A DNA stretch of 63,912 nt, filler included, from Octopus bimaculoides (GCF_001194135.2; 8 parts of 7 records of this genome joined end to end with filler, not necessarily neighbours in it), one strand, 5' to 3'. Counted from the whole stretch's first letter, positions 27,045 through 40,470 are shown. Notes: generated from the sequence alone by a model not told the origin. Numbers and translations are program-made.

Positions 27045-27563
27045 TCTTTTTTTTTTTTAAGTTTCAGCTTAGAGCNNNNNNNNNNNNNNNNNNNNNNNNN
27101 NNNNNNNNNNNNNNNNNNNNNNNNNNNNNNNNNNNNNNNNNNNNNNNNNNNNNNNNNNNNNNNNNNNNNNNNNNNNNNNNNNNNNNNNNNNNNNNNNNNN
27201 NNNNNNNNNNNNNNNNNNNNNNNNNNNNNNNNNNNNNNNNNNNNNNNNNNNNNNNNNNNNNNNNNNNNNNNNNNNNNNNNNNNNNNNNNNNNNNNNNNNN
27301 NNNNNNNNNNNNNNNNNNNNNNNNNNNNNNNNNNNNNNNNNNNNNNNNNNNNNNNNNNNNNNNNNNNNNNNNNNNNNNNNNNNNNNNNNNNNNNNNNNNN
27401 NNNNNNNNNNNNNNNNNNNNNNNNNNNNNNNNNNNNNNNNNNNNNNNNNNNNNNNNNNNNNNNNNNNNNNNNNNNNNNNNNNNNNNNCACACACACATAT
27501 ATACGCATACACACGCACATATATATATATAAATTTTTTTAAAATAAATCCGCCCTTTCAAAA

Positions 27564-27760
27564 CCTAGCCAGGCTCATGGGCCCGGTTTCCCGGTTTCAA
27601 TGGCATATGTGTTCCCCAGCTGGATGGGACGGTAGTCCATCGCAGCGTTACTCACTTTTGCCTGCTCAGTGGACTGGAGCAACGCGAATTGAAGTGTTTT
27701 GCTCAAGAACACAACGCGTCGCCCGGTCCAGGAATCGAAACCACAATCTTACGATCATGG
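27564..27760 (-). mobile_element. SINE family C
   Basis: Nearly collinear with 24760-24967 (ctggatgggacg..ctggagcaa..tgttttgctcaaga.cacaacg..ccggtccaggaatcgaaaccacaatcttacgatca). Confidence 0.88.
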
Positions 27761-28519
27761 TGACACACACACACATATATATATATATACACATAATTAC
27801 ACTTACACTCATATTCACACTCTCACACGCACACAGTCATTATATATATATATGCAGAGAACATACACAGACTTTTTGAATTATTGTAGACTGGGAGATA
27901 GGATTTGATGGAGACAAAGATTAATACAGCTAAGGTTCAAATGGGACAATATTCCTAGGAATAACTTGCCAGAAGGCCAGATGGCCAGAGTGTAATTTTG
28001 GTTAAAAAAATAATTGGCTATCATTAAAGAGTGTATAGGTGAGGGGTAGTAAGAGTAATAAGAACCCAGGTAGTTACGTCGACCTCGCCTTTCGGGTTAG
28101 TTCTTTTGGTTATTTTTTAAGGGATTGCCAACGCATCATTTCAGAGAAGTTAAAAACGCTGCCAAAGGAAAGAAAATATTATGATATTTGAGAGATGAGA
28201 ATTTGCTGAAATAAGGGGTATTTTCGGTTTTTGATTTTTCTCTTTTTTTTTTTTCGGGAGCAGTTCTAAATAATTGCCAACTCACCGGAAGAACAGTACG
28301 TCCTATATTAAAGCACTACTCACATATCTGGGTCGATGTCTCACACACACGTGCGCGCTCAGATTGTCGCAAACTATATCTATATATATATATATATATA
28401 TACAACTGAACAACGTAATATTAAGTACTTCCAAATTGCTTAGAAAATAAACGGTTACCATGGCAATCCATGGAGTATGAAGCACTTTTCAATGTTGACC
28501 TTTTTTATCTGGACCTATC

Positions 28520-28780
28520 TGGAAATGTGTTGTATTCTTGAGCAAGACACTTTATTTCACATTGCTCCAGTTCACTCAGCTGTCGAAATGAGTTGCGACG
28601 TCACCGGTGCCAAACTGTATCGGCCTTTGCCTTTCCCTTGGATAACATCGGTGGCGTGGGGAGGAAAGGCATGGGTGACCGCTTGTCCTCAATGAACAAC
28701 CTTACTCGGAATTAAAACTCGGAGGGCATCACTCTAGGTGCAATCTCATAGTCATTTATGACCGAAGGGGGTCTTTAACC
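28520..28780 (+). mobile_element. SINE family C with a different 3' tail
   Basis: gtgttgtattcttgagcaagacactttatttcacattgctccagttcactcagctg core, then a distinct tail ending ..gaccgaagggggtcttta. Confidence 0.75.
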
Positions 28781-28830
28781 TCATTTGGAATTCAAAAGAA
28801 TTAATACAATAACAGCCTCAATAATGTGTG

Positions 28831-28893
28831 TTTGAGGGAAATTTAACTACTATTTCTAGCCGATCAAAGAATGCCGTAGATGTTACTTCGTTG
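28831..28893 (+). repeat. Short dispersed repeat (tgagggraattt..ct.ctatttct.g..cgtaga..ttcgtt)
   Basis: Similar copies at 46689-46752 (+, inside the otopetrin intron) and about 48455-48505 (-). Confidence 0.5.
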
Positions 28894-30049
28894 CCTCATT
28901 AATAAAGCACGCTTCATGTAATGGCAAGGAAATATAACGCTGTTTCATACAATGTAGTTTAACCATGTATGAATGTAATAATCTATGCACAAGGTTTGCG
29001 TACAAGGGATATTAAATGCTACTGGAACCGCCTTCTCGGACTTAGAAATTAAAATAAAATCAAATAATGATTTACAAAAATAAATAGTTACGCTGTAAGG
29101 AATCGATATTCTAACGGGCTTGATTCTATATTGATTTCAGTTTTTCTGGAAAAAAAAAATGAAAAAAAAAATGATACAACTAATAATAAAAACTAAATAA
29201 ATGAAACTCATCGATTCTGACCAGGATTCATGTGTTAATTCCCTCGATGCTACCAATATTTCTCTAAACATCAATCAAATCCATGGATGTATTGCATGAC
29301 AGAGTTATCGGTTGCCTTCTTTTGTTCTGGAACCATCGATCAATAAATACATTTTATTTTATTTATTTTTTGGGGGGTTTTTAGTGAAATCCATAGTAAT
29401 TTTGAGTCAATTGTTTTCATTTTCTAAATCAACTTTTTTGCTTTTTTTTTTTTTTTTTTNNNNNNNNNNNNNNNNNNNNNNNNNNNNNNNNNNNNNNNNN
29501 NNNNNNNNNNNNNNNNNNNNNNNNNNNNNNNNNNNNNNNNNNNNNNNNNNNNNNNNNNNNNNNNNNNNNNNNNNNNNNNNNNNNNNNNNNNNNNNNNNNN
29601 NNNNNNNNNNNNNNNNNNNNNNNNNNNNNNNNNNNNNNNNNNNNNNNNNNNNNNNNNNNNNNNNNNNNNNNNNNNNNNNNNNNNNNNNNNNNNNNNNNNN
29701 NNNNNNNNNNNNNNNNNNNNNNNNNNNNNNNNNNNNNNNNNNNNNNNNNNNNNNNNNNNNNNNNNNNNNNNNNNNNNNNNNNNNNNNNNNNNNNNNNNNN
29801 NNNNNNNNNNNNNNNNNNNNNNNNNNNNNNNNNNNNNNNNNNNNNNNNNNNNNNNNNNNNNNNNNNNNNNNNNNNNNNNNNNNNNNNNNNNNNNNNNNNN
29901 NNNNNNNNNNNNNNNNNNNNNNNNNNNNNNNNNNNNNNNNNNNNNNNNNNNNNNNNNNNNNNNNNNNNNNNNNNNNNNNNNNNNNNNNNNNNNNNNNNNN
30001 NCACCAACACCGAGACCAACACCTTCAGACCATTATTGTATAACTCCAG

Positions 30050-30268
30050 AAGGCGGTGAACTGGCAGAAACGTCAGCACGCCGGGCGAAATGCTTAACGG
30101 TATTTCGTCTACCGTTACGTTCTGAGTTCAAATTCCGCCTTTCATCCTTTCGAGGTCGATTAAATAAGTACCAGTTATGCACTGGGTCAATATAATCGAC
30201 TTAATCCGTTTTTCTGTCCTTGTTTGTCCCCTCTGTGTGTAGCCCCTTGTGGGCAATAAAGAAAAAAG
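30050..30268 (+). mobile_element. SINE family B, full length, alternative tail
   Basis: aaggcggtgaactggcagaaacg..gggcgaaatgctt..gagttcaaattccgcc..taagtaccag, then tail aatccgttt..gtcccctctgtg..gtgggcaataaag. Confidence 0.88.
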
Positions 30269-30271
30269 AAA

Positions 30272-30378
30272 CGAGGCTATAGTAGAAGACACCTGCCAAA
30301 GGTGCCACGCAGTGGAACTGAACCAGGAACCATGTAGTTCGTAAGCAATCTACTTACCACACAGCCACTCCTACGCCT
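30272..30378 (-). mobile_element. SINE family A head
   Basis: gaggctatagtagaagacacc..gtgccacgcagtgg.actgaacc..ttaccacacagccac. Confidence 0.85.
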
Positions 30379-30663
30379 ATATGAAAATGTTTACATTTAA
30401 AAGTGCTAAAACTTGTGACTTTAATTTAGAATCTAGGAAAAAAAGAGCTGTTTCTAACAGTAATAAAAATAAATGTTACGGAAATAGAGAGAGAATAATT
30501 CTTGAGAGAAGAATGAATATAATTCCTTTTCAAAGCAAAGTTATAAGTGTTCAGTATTATATATCCATTACGGCTCATCTTACCAATAGCATGGTTTCAG
30601 TTCAGCGACTGAAACAAGTACAAAATAAAAGAGTCGCTGTAGACGCATACAGAAAAGAGCTTT

Positions 30664-30795
30664 ATGGTTAAGAAGCTGGTTTTGCAAACCACGTGACTTC
30701 CGGTTCAGACATTGGGCAAGTGTCTTCTACAGACTCTGGCTGACCAATGCCTTGTAAGTGAAACTTGTGGACGGAGACTGCGTGGAAGTCCACCA
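30664..30795 (+). mobile_element. Degenerate SINE family A 5' half
   Basis: tggttaagaagct..ttgggcaagtgtcttctac..gaccaatgccttgtaagtg. Confidence 0.7.
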
Positions 30796-30819
30796 TATGT
30801 GTGTGTGTGTGTATAAACA

Positions 30820-30865
<46 letters not shown>

Positions 30866-30965
30866 NNNNNNNNNNNNNNNNNNNNNNNNNNNNNNNNNNN
30901 NNNNNNNNNTTAATTAATTAANNNNNNNNNNNNNNNNNNNNNNNNNNNNNNNNNNNNNNNNNNNN
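30866..30965. other. Artificial scaffold-join spacer
   Basis: 44 N + TTAATTAATTAA + 44 N. Confidence 0.95.
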
Positions 30966-31015
<50 letters not shown>

Positions 31016-32917
31016 GAGAGAATGAGAGAAAGAGAGAGAGAAAGAGAGAGAGAATGAGAGAAAGAGAGAGAGAGAGATTATTTCGGAAAGAGAAAACACA
31101 AAAGACATAATTTTATCGGAAAATGGAAAACAAGAAAAAAAACAAAAAAGACAAAAAAAACCCACCTAAAGAGTAAGAAAAAATAAAATCGAAGTAAAAT
31201 TTATACCAGCACAAGGTAAGCAGGTGTGATGTAATTTTGATGAAAGTTTGGGGCAGCCAACGAGAAACTAGAATATTAAGTATGACGCCATTGCGTTTTA
31301 AGAGACGAGGGAATCCATCAGATTTTCCACTGAAGGCGCCTCATCAGAATTTGAACAGAATGACTTTGGTTAATGCTTTAGAATGGAGAAAATGTGGAAT
31401 TTCATTGCAAGAGAAAGCAATTATATAATGGCATATGATGAGGAGATAACAGATGACAAACACACTGAGATGATAATGAAAATACTAATTCAAAATGTCG
31501 CTCATTTCTTTCTGTTTTATATCAATGCGTGTACACACACATACAGGCATTTATATACGTACACAGAGAAACATATGCTACATGTACATATATACACATA
31601 TACGTATACATAAAAATACATATATGTGTGTGTTTTTATATATATATATGCATATATATATNNNNNNNNNNNNNNNNNNNNNNNNNNNNNNNNNNNNNNN
31701 NNNNNNNNNNNNNNNNNNNNNNNNNNNNNNNNNNNNNNNNNNNNNNNNNNNNNNNNNNNNNNNNNNNNNNNNNNNNNNNNNNNNNNNNNNNNNNNNNNNN
31801 NNNNNNNNNNNNNNNNNNNNNNNNNNNNNNNNNNNNNNNNNNNNNNNNNNNNNNNNNNNNNNNNNNNNNNNNNNNNNNNNNNNNNNNNNNNNNNNNNNNN
31901 NNNNNNNNNNNNNNNNNNNNNNNNNNNNNNNNNNNNNNNNNNNNNNNNNNNNNNNNNNNNNNNNNNNNNNNNNNNNNNNNNNNNNNNNNNNNNNNNNNNN
32001 NNNNNNNNNNNNNNNNNNNNNNNNNNNNNNNNNNNNNNNNNNNNNNNNNNNNNNNNNNNNNNNNNNNNNNNNNNNNNNNNNNNNNNNNNNNNNNNNNNNN
32101 NNNNNNNNNNNNNNNNNNNNNNNNNNNNNNNNNNNNNNNNNNNNNNNNNNNNNNNNNNNNNNNNNNNNNNNNNNNNNNNNNNNNNNNNNNNNNNNNNNNN
32201 NNNNNNNNNNNNNNNNNNNNNNNNNNNNNNNNNNNNNNNNNNNNNNNNNNNNNNNNNNNNNNNNNNNNNNNNNNNNNNNNNNNNNNNNNNNNNNNNNNNN
32301 NNNNNNNNNNNNNNNNNNNNNNNNNNNNNNNNNNNNNNNNNNNNNNNNNNNNNNNNNNNNNNNNNNNNNNNNNNNNNNNNNNNNNNNNNNNNNNNNNNNN
32401 NNNNNNNNNNNNNNNNNNNNNNNNNNNNNNNNNNNNNNNNNNNNNNNNNNNNNNNNNNNNNNNNNNNNNNNNNNNNNNNNNNNNNNNNNNNNNNNNNNNN
32501 NNNNNNNNNNNNNNNNNNNNNNNNNNNNNNNNNNNNNNNNNNNNNNNNNNNNNNNNNNNNNNNNNNNNNNNNNNNNNNNNNNNNNNNNNNNNNNNNNNNN
32601 NNNNTTTATATTAAGCTTTGTAGAAAAGTAATTTAGAATTAAACTGAACAATTACTAAATAATTTCATGTAGGTTAACGTTTATAACAAAACGATTAACA
32701 GTGACTTTAAAGTTTTGGATTACTGCCAATGAATATATGTATGTATTTCTTTCTCTCTCTGTATATATATAGTTGAAATTTACATAAAAACAAAAGACGA
32801 AGGCAGGTGTATTAGTTTGACGCTCGGGAAAGTGAGAAAGTCTTTTATGTTTCGAGCTTATGCTCTTCAACAGAAAAGAATATGAAGAAATAAACAGAGA
32901 GAGAATAAAAAAAAAAT

Positions 32918-33300
32918 ACCACCACCACCACAACTACAACCACCAGCACTACCACCACCAATACAATTACAACCACAACCACCAGCACTACCACCACCAA
33001 CATCGCTATCACTACCACCACCACCAACAACACCAACAACATCAATGCCACCACCACAACAACAAGCACTACCACCACTACTCTCATTACCATCAACACC
33101 ACTATCAACAATATTAATGCTACCATCACCACCACCAACAACAACAACAGCACAACTACAACCACAACTACCAGCACTACCACCACCAACACCAACAACA
33201 TCAATGCCACTACCACCACTACCCCCATCACCATCAGCAACACTACTACCAACAATATTGATGCTACCACCACCACTACTACCACAATCACCACCACCCT
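32918..33300. repeat. Degenerate CAC/CAA/CTA triplet low-complexity tract with internal duplication
   Basis: Triplet mosaic in which caccaacaacatcaatgccac..caacaatatt.atgctacc is repeated. Confidence 0.85.
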
Positions 33301-34197
33301 TTTCTTTCTACTTTCTCCTGTATTTCTCACCTATGTCGAAACCCCTATTTAACCGTCATTACTGAAAATGTCAAGCTGCTTGTTACTTGACCTTGAATTT
33401 GATGACGATTTTCTGCAATCTATTTATTTTTGGTCGAGCTATTGATTTGATATTTTATTTTCTATTTATTTTTCATGACTTCTTGTTCTCACTTTCATTC
33501 ATGATGTTGTTGTTGATGATCTTCCTGTTGTAATATTCAAATATCACTCGAGTTAAAATTTATTCTTTTTCATTATAATTATAATTATTATCAATATCAA
33601 TATATATNNNNNNNNNNNNNNNNNNNNNNNNNNNNNNNNNNNNNNNNNNNNNNNNNNNNNNNNNNNNNNNNNNNNNNNNNNNNNNNNNNNNNNNNNNNNN
33701 NNNNNNNNNNNNNNNNNNNNNNNNNNNNNNNNNNNNNNNNNNNNNNNNNNNNNNNNNNNNNNNNNNNNNNNNNNNNNNNNNNNNNNNNNNNNNNNNNNNN
33801 NNNNNNNNNNNNNNNNNNNNNNNNNNNNNNNNNNNNNNNNNNNNNNNNNNNNNNNNNNNNNNNNNNNNNNNNNNNNNNNNNNNNNNNNNNNNNNNNNNNN
33901 NNNNNNNNNNNNNNNNNNNNNNNNNNNNNNNNNNNNNNNNNNNNNNNNNNNNNNNNNNNNNNNNNNNNNNNNNNNNNNNNNNNNNNNNNNNNNNNNNNNN
34001 NNNNNNNNNNNNNNNNNNNNNNNNNNNNNNNNNNNNNNNNNNNNNNNNNNNNNNNNNNNNNNNNNNNNNNNNNNNNNNNNNNNNNNNNNNNNNNNNNNNN
34101 NNNNNNNNNNNNNNNNNNNNNNNNNNNNNNNNNNNNNNNNNNNNNNNNNNNNNNNNNNNNNNNNNNNNNNNNNNNNNNNNNNNNNNNNNNNNNNNNN

Positions 34198-34253
<56 letters not shown>

Positions 34254-34960
34254 GAAAGTATACATGTTGATATACATATGTACATGTGATCTTATTCACA
34301 TGTATATATAGATGAGCCTGCGTCGTCTTCCATGGTGGGTCGTGTGCATGCATCTCTACAAAACATTCATAACGCGTGTATACATTAATAAGTACATTCA
34401 GACACACAAACACACACACATTCACTCAAACACACACACATACTCACACACATATGGACAAACATACAAAGTAATACAAACATACAAAGTGATACAAACA
34501 TATATAGTTACCTAAACATGTAACTATATACATGTATACATAAAATTTATGCTCTAAAACGATGCAGTGTTATGCACCACGCTGATCACATATAAGTGAC
34601 GTATACTATTTTGAAGTAGAGTGCATTGCATGTGCATCGCATTATGCTGTTTTCCATGAATGTTTGCAGACGGTGTGCCTTGCTTCCGTTGTGCACCGCG
34701 TGTGGTTACATGTATGCCTACGCATCTCTGTATGCAGCTGTTTGTATGACTGCGTGAACGTGCGTTTGTATATGCATGTACGCATCGCAATACTTCCTTG
34801 CATACTTTTGCTTCTTCCGTGCAGACATTCTGCATGTGCAGAGTATTATGTAACAGCAGGCTGCACCTTTGTAAAAGCTGAAATTTTATTGCTGCACATT
34901 GAGGTCTATGATCTTATCTTTGTATCTCACCTTGCATTTCTATTTTACCTTCTTCCTTTA

Positions 34961-35016
<56 letters not shown>

Positions 35017-35037
35017 AAAAACACTCCCCACTTAATG

Positions 35038-35089
<52 letters not shown>

Positions 35090-35379
35090 TAATAATAATA
35101 ATTACTGGATTATAAATGTTTCTGTTTGCTGCGTGAGGTTGTAAACAATTATGTTTCTTCCATCTTTCGTCACATTCATATTTGAAAACGAGGCAACGCT
35201 GACCTTTCTTTCACGAGAAAAAGATGTCACCTTGTTGTATCCATGCAAGTATGTACGATTTTCTTCTCTATGTGCATGTATATATGCATGTATGTATGTA
35301 TGCATGAATGTATGTATGTATGTATGTACGTACGTATGTATGTATGTATGTACGTACGTACATATGTATGTATGTATGT

Positions 35380-35466
35380 ATGTATTGATGGATGAATGAA
35401 TGGATCTCTGTATGTGTGCATGCAAGTATCTTTCTCTCCCACTCTCTTTCTCTTTATCTATCTATC

Positions 35467-35513
<47 letters not shown>

Positions 35514-35682
35514 CCAACCTATCTATCTATCTATCTATCTATCTATCCTTTTTATCTTCTTTTCCTTCTCTTTTCTTCTTCCTTTNNNNNNNNNNATGTA
35601 TTGATGGATGAATGAATGGATCTCTGTATGTGTGCATGCAAGTATCTTTCTCTCCCACTCTCTTTCTCTTTATCTATCTATC

Positions 35683-35729
<47 letters not shown>

Positions 35730-35801
35730 CCAACCTATCTATCTATCTATCTATCTATCTATCCTTTTTATCTTCTTTTCCTTCTCTTTTCTTCTTCCTT
35801 T
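35380..35801. other. Apparent assembly duplication (206 bp x2 across a 10-N gap)
   Basis: 35380-35585 is repeated, apparently identically, at 35596-35801. Confidence 0.85.
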
Positions 35802-37881
35802 CTTCTTCCTTTCTTCTTCTTCTTCTTCTTCTTCTTCTTCTTCTTCTTCTTCTTCTTCTCCTTCTCCTCCTCTTTCTCCTCCTCCTCTTGCAACTCCTGC
35901 TCCACCTCCTCTTGCAACTCCTGCTCCACCTCCTTTTCATTTGAAGAACGCCATCCATATTCCACAATGCGCCATAATTATGGTATCTTTTACAACAGAA
36001 TATGATATTAGGTAAAGGTTCATTGCTTTGAGTTACGTTTTTTTTCTTTATTCCCAAGACGACTGATACTAATTGCAGGAGAGACTATATATGTCAGAGG
36101 TGTTTTCGCATTTAGCATACAGCTACGTAATATGTTCGTACGTACGTAATATGTATTTACGTACGTATGTATGTATGTTTTTATGTATGTATGCATGCAT
36201 GCATGCACGCATGTATGTACGCATATTTGTATNNNNNNNNNNNNNNNNNNNNNNNNNNNNNNNNNNNNNNNNNNNNNNNNNNNNNNNNNNNNNNNNNNNN
36301 NNNNNNNNNNNNNNNNNNNNNNNNNNNNNNNNGTATGTATGTATGCATACATGCATGCATGCATGCATGTATGTATGTATGTGTGTGTCACTTCGGTATT
36401 TAATCATTTATATTCCTCTGGTTTCTAACAAAGATACGATGATCCATCTTTGGAATGTCAGTTAACGAAAACAATATCACATTTTAAACCTGAGGATAGT
36501 CTTGCCTAGTTTTACTGATCCACTTCCAGATTGCATTTGCAATGTGCGATTCAGTTGGTTGATCTCCTTTTCTGGAAATCCATGCTTATCCAGTCTGCCA
36601 CATATGTGTGTGTGTGTGTGTGTGTTTGTATGCATGTATGCATGTATGTATGTATGTATATATGTATGTATGTATGTATGGTGATTGTTCCTTCTTCCTA
36701 GTTTATTGTTGTCAATCTGAGCCTTCTCGTTGACGATGGCGTGTCTGACCTTCTGTCTCTGAGCTCTCAGATGACTATGAATCCTCCTACTGGTGATCTG
36801 TATGACTTGGAGCATATATGACACATACATGTTACAACTACACCAGGTCATTTCTCATGTATGAGACACGACCTGTGTTATATATCTCACTGACATATAT
36901 CGATTCAGACCCGAAATCGATCTGCAAGCCTTCTCATAGCGACAAAAGCTGTATCAATGCCAAAATGCGATATTCATCTCTCACTCAATGTAGAAGTTCT
37001 GTTACAACACAGAATATTGCATCGTTTACCTTCAGAGAATTTCTCACATGGACGTGTGTTGCACAAAAGCACTTATGTATATATCGTTGACAAGTGGTAA
37101 CCGTCCGCTACAGTCGCTACAACTGCCAGATCACTTTAATTCGCCCTTCTTTGGGCTTGCAAATGAGAGACTTCAAGCTAGACATAGCAGCCTGTTCACC
37201 TCTCAGTGACATATAGAATCGCAGTATACATTCTTGTGCTGATATTGCAAATAGACAGTGGGCTTATAAGAAAATAATCAGTAGTGGTAAAATTAGTATT
37301 AATACAAAAACATCGCAGCATATCTTCCACTTAAGGTGAAACGTCCTTTCATATCGACTTGGGTGCACAAAACATTTGTGTTTATATCGTTCGTCGTGTT
37401 TTAAGTCAAGTATTACTGAATTTAAAATTTAAATATAGGAGGAAATCAAAGTTATAATCCTTCTACAATTTTAATCTGCTACGCTAAGACTACGTAGGTA
37501 TAACGTTAAGCAAATCTTAATAGTCTACACTAAATCCTTAATTTAATAACAAAGAACAGGGTGTATATCTGGAATCGAACTCATACACGCAACACAATGA
37601 ATGGAGCTCTGTAGCTACTCTAACAAGTTGTATATTCTTCCAAGAAATATCAGCAGATGTATATTGTTAATGGTTATTGATTACTTCGTAGCATTAATAC
37701 TCTGTTGAGATCGGCAAGAACATGTTGCGTTTAACACATATTATAAATTATATGTAAAAATATTCAGTGTGAAATTTTAGTCATTAGTAATTGAATATGG
37801 TATTTATACTTTGATGTTGTGCTATCTTAAATTATTTAATATGGTTTGCTCAGTATTTTTTTTCCGTTTTCTTTCATTATG

Positions 37882-37969
<88 letters not shown>

Positions 37970-38036
37970 GAGAGAGAGAGAGAAATAGATAGATAGACAG
38001 ACAGACAGACAGATAGACAGACAGATGGATAGATAG

Positions 38037-38067
<31 letters not shown>

Positions 38068-38525
38068 GATAGATAGATAGATAATTAGTAGATCTGAAGG
38101 AAACAGCGCGACAGTGTTTGTGAGCGATATTGCGTGAAAGGCACAGATAGACGGGTGAAAATAAAATTCTATTCTTTTGGTACAGCCTCAGATGGATACC
38201 TTAAATCCTTGATTTAAAGGGCAGAAAATAACAGAAGAACCGATATATCGTCATCCAATCATTGACTATGTGACCGATATTGGAACCAATGACAATGCAT
38301 TGCACATTATTGAAGAATATACGTTGAGAGTAAATGGAGATGTTTGTCTCGGTGCGCCAAATATAACTGGAAAATGTATTTTTATAAACTAGCGATATCA
38401 GGGAAAGAGTGTGAGAGTGAAAGGTGAGAGGGACTACGAAGTGTAGCGAAAGAAAAGGCGACATGAGAATGGAGGAGAGGAAATAAAAAGGATCAAGGAT
38501 GTCTGTATATATATTAATATATATG

Positions 38526-38561
<36 letters not shown>

Positions 38562-39668
38562 TATATANNNNNNNNNNNNNNNNNNNNNNNNNNNNNNNNN
38601 NNNNNNNNNNNNNNNNNNNNNNNNNNNNNNNNNNNNNNNNNNNNNNNNNNNNNNNNNNNNNNNNNNNNNNNNNNNNNNNNNNNNNNNNNNNNNNNNNNNN
38701 NNNNNNNNNNNNNNNNNNNNNNNNNNNNNNNNNNNNNNNNNNNNNNNNNNNNNNNNNNNNNNNNNNNNNNNNNNNNNNNNNNNNNNNNNNNNNNNNNNNN
38801 NNNNNNNNNNNNNNNNNNNNNNNNNNNNNNNNNNNNNNNNNNNNNNNNNNNNNNNNNNNNNNNNNNNNNNNNNNNNNNNNNNNNNNNNNNNNNNNNNNNN
38901 NNNNNNNNNNNNNNNNNNNNNNNNNNNNNNNNNNNNNNNNNNNNNNNNNNNNNNNNNNNNNNNNNNNNNNNNNNNNNNNNNNNNNNNNNNNNNNNNNNNN
39001 NNNNNNNNNNNNNNNNNNNNNNNNNNNNNNNNNNNNNNNNNNNNNNNNNNNNNNNNNNNNNNNNNNNNNNNNNNNNNNNNNNNNNNNNNNNNNNNNNNNN
39101 NNNNNNNNNNNNNNNNNNNNNNNNNNNNNNNNNNNNNNNNNNNNNNNNNNNNNNNNNNNNNNNNNNNNNNNNNNNNNNNNNNNNNNNNNNNNNNNNNNNN
39201 NNNNNNNNNNNNNNNNNNNNNNNNNNNNNNNNNNNNNNNNNNNNNNNNNNNNNNNNNNNNNNNNNNNNNNNNNNNNNNNNNNNNNNNNNNNNNNNNNNNN
39301 NNNNNNNNNNNNNNNNNNNNNNNNNNNNNNNNNNNNNNNNNNNNNNNNNNNNNNNNNNNNNNNNNNNNNNNNNNNNNNNNNNNNNNNNNNNNNNNNNNNN
39401 NNNNNNNNNNNNNNNNNNNNNNNNNNNNNNNNNNNNNNNNNNNNNNNNNNNNNNNNNNNNNNNNNNNNNNNNNNNNNNNNNNNNNNNNNNNNNNNNNNNN
39501 NNNNNNNNNNNNATATATATATATATACATATATATGTGTATGTATGCTTGGATTAAATATGCATGTATGCAAGCAACAATACAGGTATATGTCTAGAAC
39601 CAAGAATACTAGAGGTGAATTAGCTTGTAAGAAAGAGTGGGAGGATCAGCTTCGTTAATTCGAGACAT

Positions 39669-39711
39669 ACGGAAGTCTTTAATGGCGGCACACGCAATTC
39701 GGTTTGTGAGT
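39669..39711 (+). promoter_or_regulatory. Possible housekeeping-type start: ETS + YY1/ATG + short first coding exon MAAHAIRF
   Basis: cggaagt at 39670-39676, aATGGCGGC at 39681, and a perfect donor TTT|gtgagt at 39706. Confidence 0.35.
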
Positions 39712-39841
39712 AGGCAGAGGTACATGCATACCCGCATGTATGTATGTACGTATGTATGTATTTAGGCATTTATGTTTTTATGTATACATGCATTCACACA
39801 TATTTATACATGTATGCATTTGTATAGACTCATTCATACAT

Positions 39842-39877
<36 letters not shown>

Positions 39878-40001
39878 GTATGCATGCATGTATGTCTCTG
39901 TGTATGTATGCATGTATAAGTTTCTATAAATTTATATATATGTATAAGTTTGTATATGTATGTAAATATACATACACACAGGCACATATATATATATGTA
40001 T

Positions 40002-40101
40002 NNNNNNNNNNNNNNNNNNNNNNNNNNNNNNNNNNNNNNNNNNNNTTAATTAATTAANNNNNNNNNNNNNNNNNNNNNNNNNNNNNNNNNNNNNNNNNNN
40101 N
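40002..40101. other. Artificial scaffold-join spacer
   Basis: 44 N + TTAATTAATTAA + 44 N. Confidence 0.95.
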
Positions 40102-40155
<54 letters not shown>

Positions 40156-40325
40156 TAAATGTACATGTACACCTATACACATTTTCTACACGTGTGTGTA
40201 TGTGCGAGTGTGTGTGTGTGTGTTTACATGCAACGAATATATATACGTATATACAATACAGACCCACTCATACACACAAACACATGCACACACACACAAA
40301 GACACACAGAAACAAACAAACACAA

Positions 40326-40470
40326 ACATCCGCGCTGTCCCAGAAGTTAGATTTCTGGTAAACGACGGCCGCCATGTTCTCGGGGCAATGAAGGGAAGTG
40401 ACGTTTGCTTGTTCGACAGTCAAACCGGAAATACATTAATACGTGCTCAAACGTAATATCCGGTATGGCT
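40326..40470 (-). promoter_or_regulatory. Possible CpG-rich promoter/first exon (MAAVVYQKSNFWDSAD) with YY1, ETS-CRE and ETS motifs
   Basis: Minus strand aacATGGCGGCc (ATG 40375-40373), ggaagtgacg at 40394-40403 and accggaaat at about 40424. The stretch is locally GC/CpG-rich. A DNA-transposon remnant is an alternative explanation. Confidence 0.35.

Noticed and set aside
29255-29355. Minus-strand peptide IDRWFQNKRRQ resembling homeodomain helix 3
   Set aside because: An in-frame stop lies a few codons upstream, there is no AG acceptor before WFQ, and I saw no helix 1-2 exon. Likely chance.
32845-33365. Thr-rich/Pro-rich/Val-rich ORFs as a mucin exon
   Set aside because: All frames are open because of the CAC/CAA triplet composition, there are no convincing splice sites, and it looks like typical low-complexity sequence.
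36702-36821. Strong + acceptor followed by FIVVNLSLLVDDGVSDLLSLSSQMTMNPPTGDLYDLEHI*
   Set aside because: No homology or partner exons, and a frame this short is common by chance.
38230-38392. Open frame KITEEPIYRHPIIDYVTDIGTNDNAL.. with faint cadherin DxNDNAP resemblance
   Set aside because: The motif is imperfect, there are no other cadherin motifs and the frame is short.
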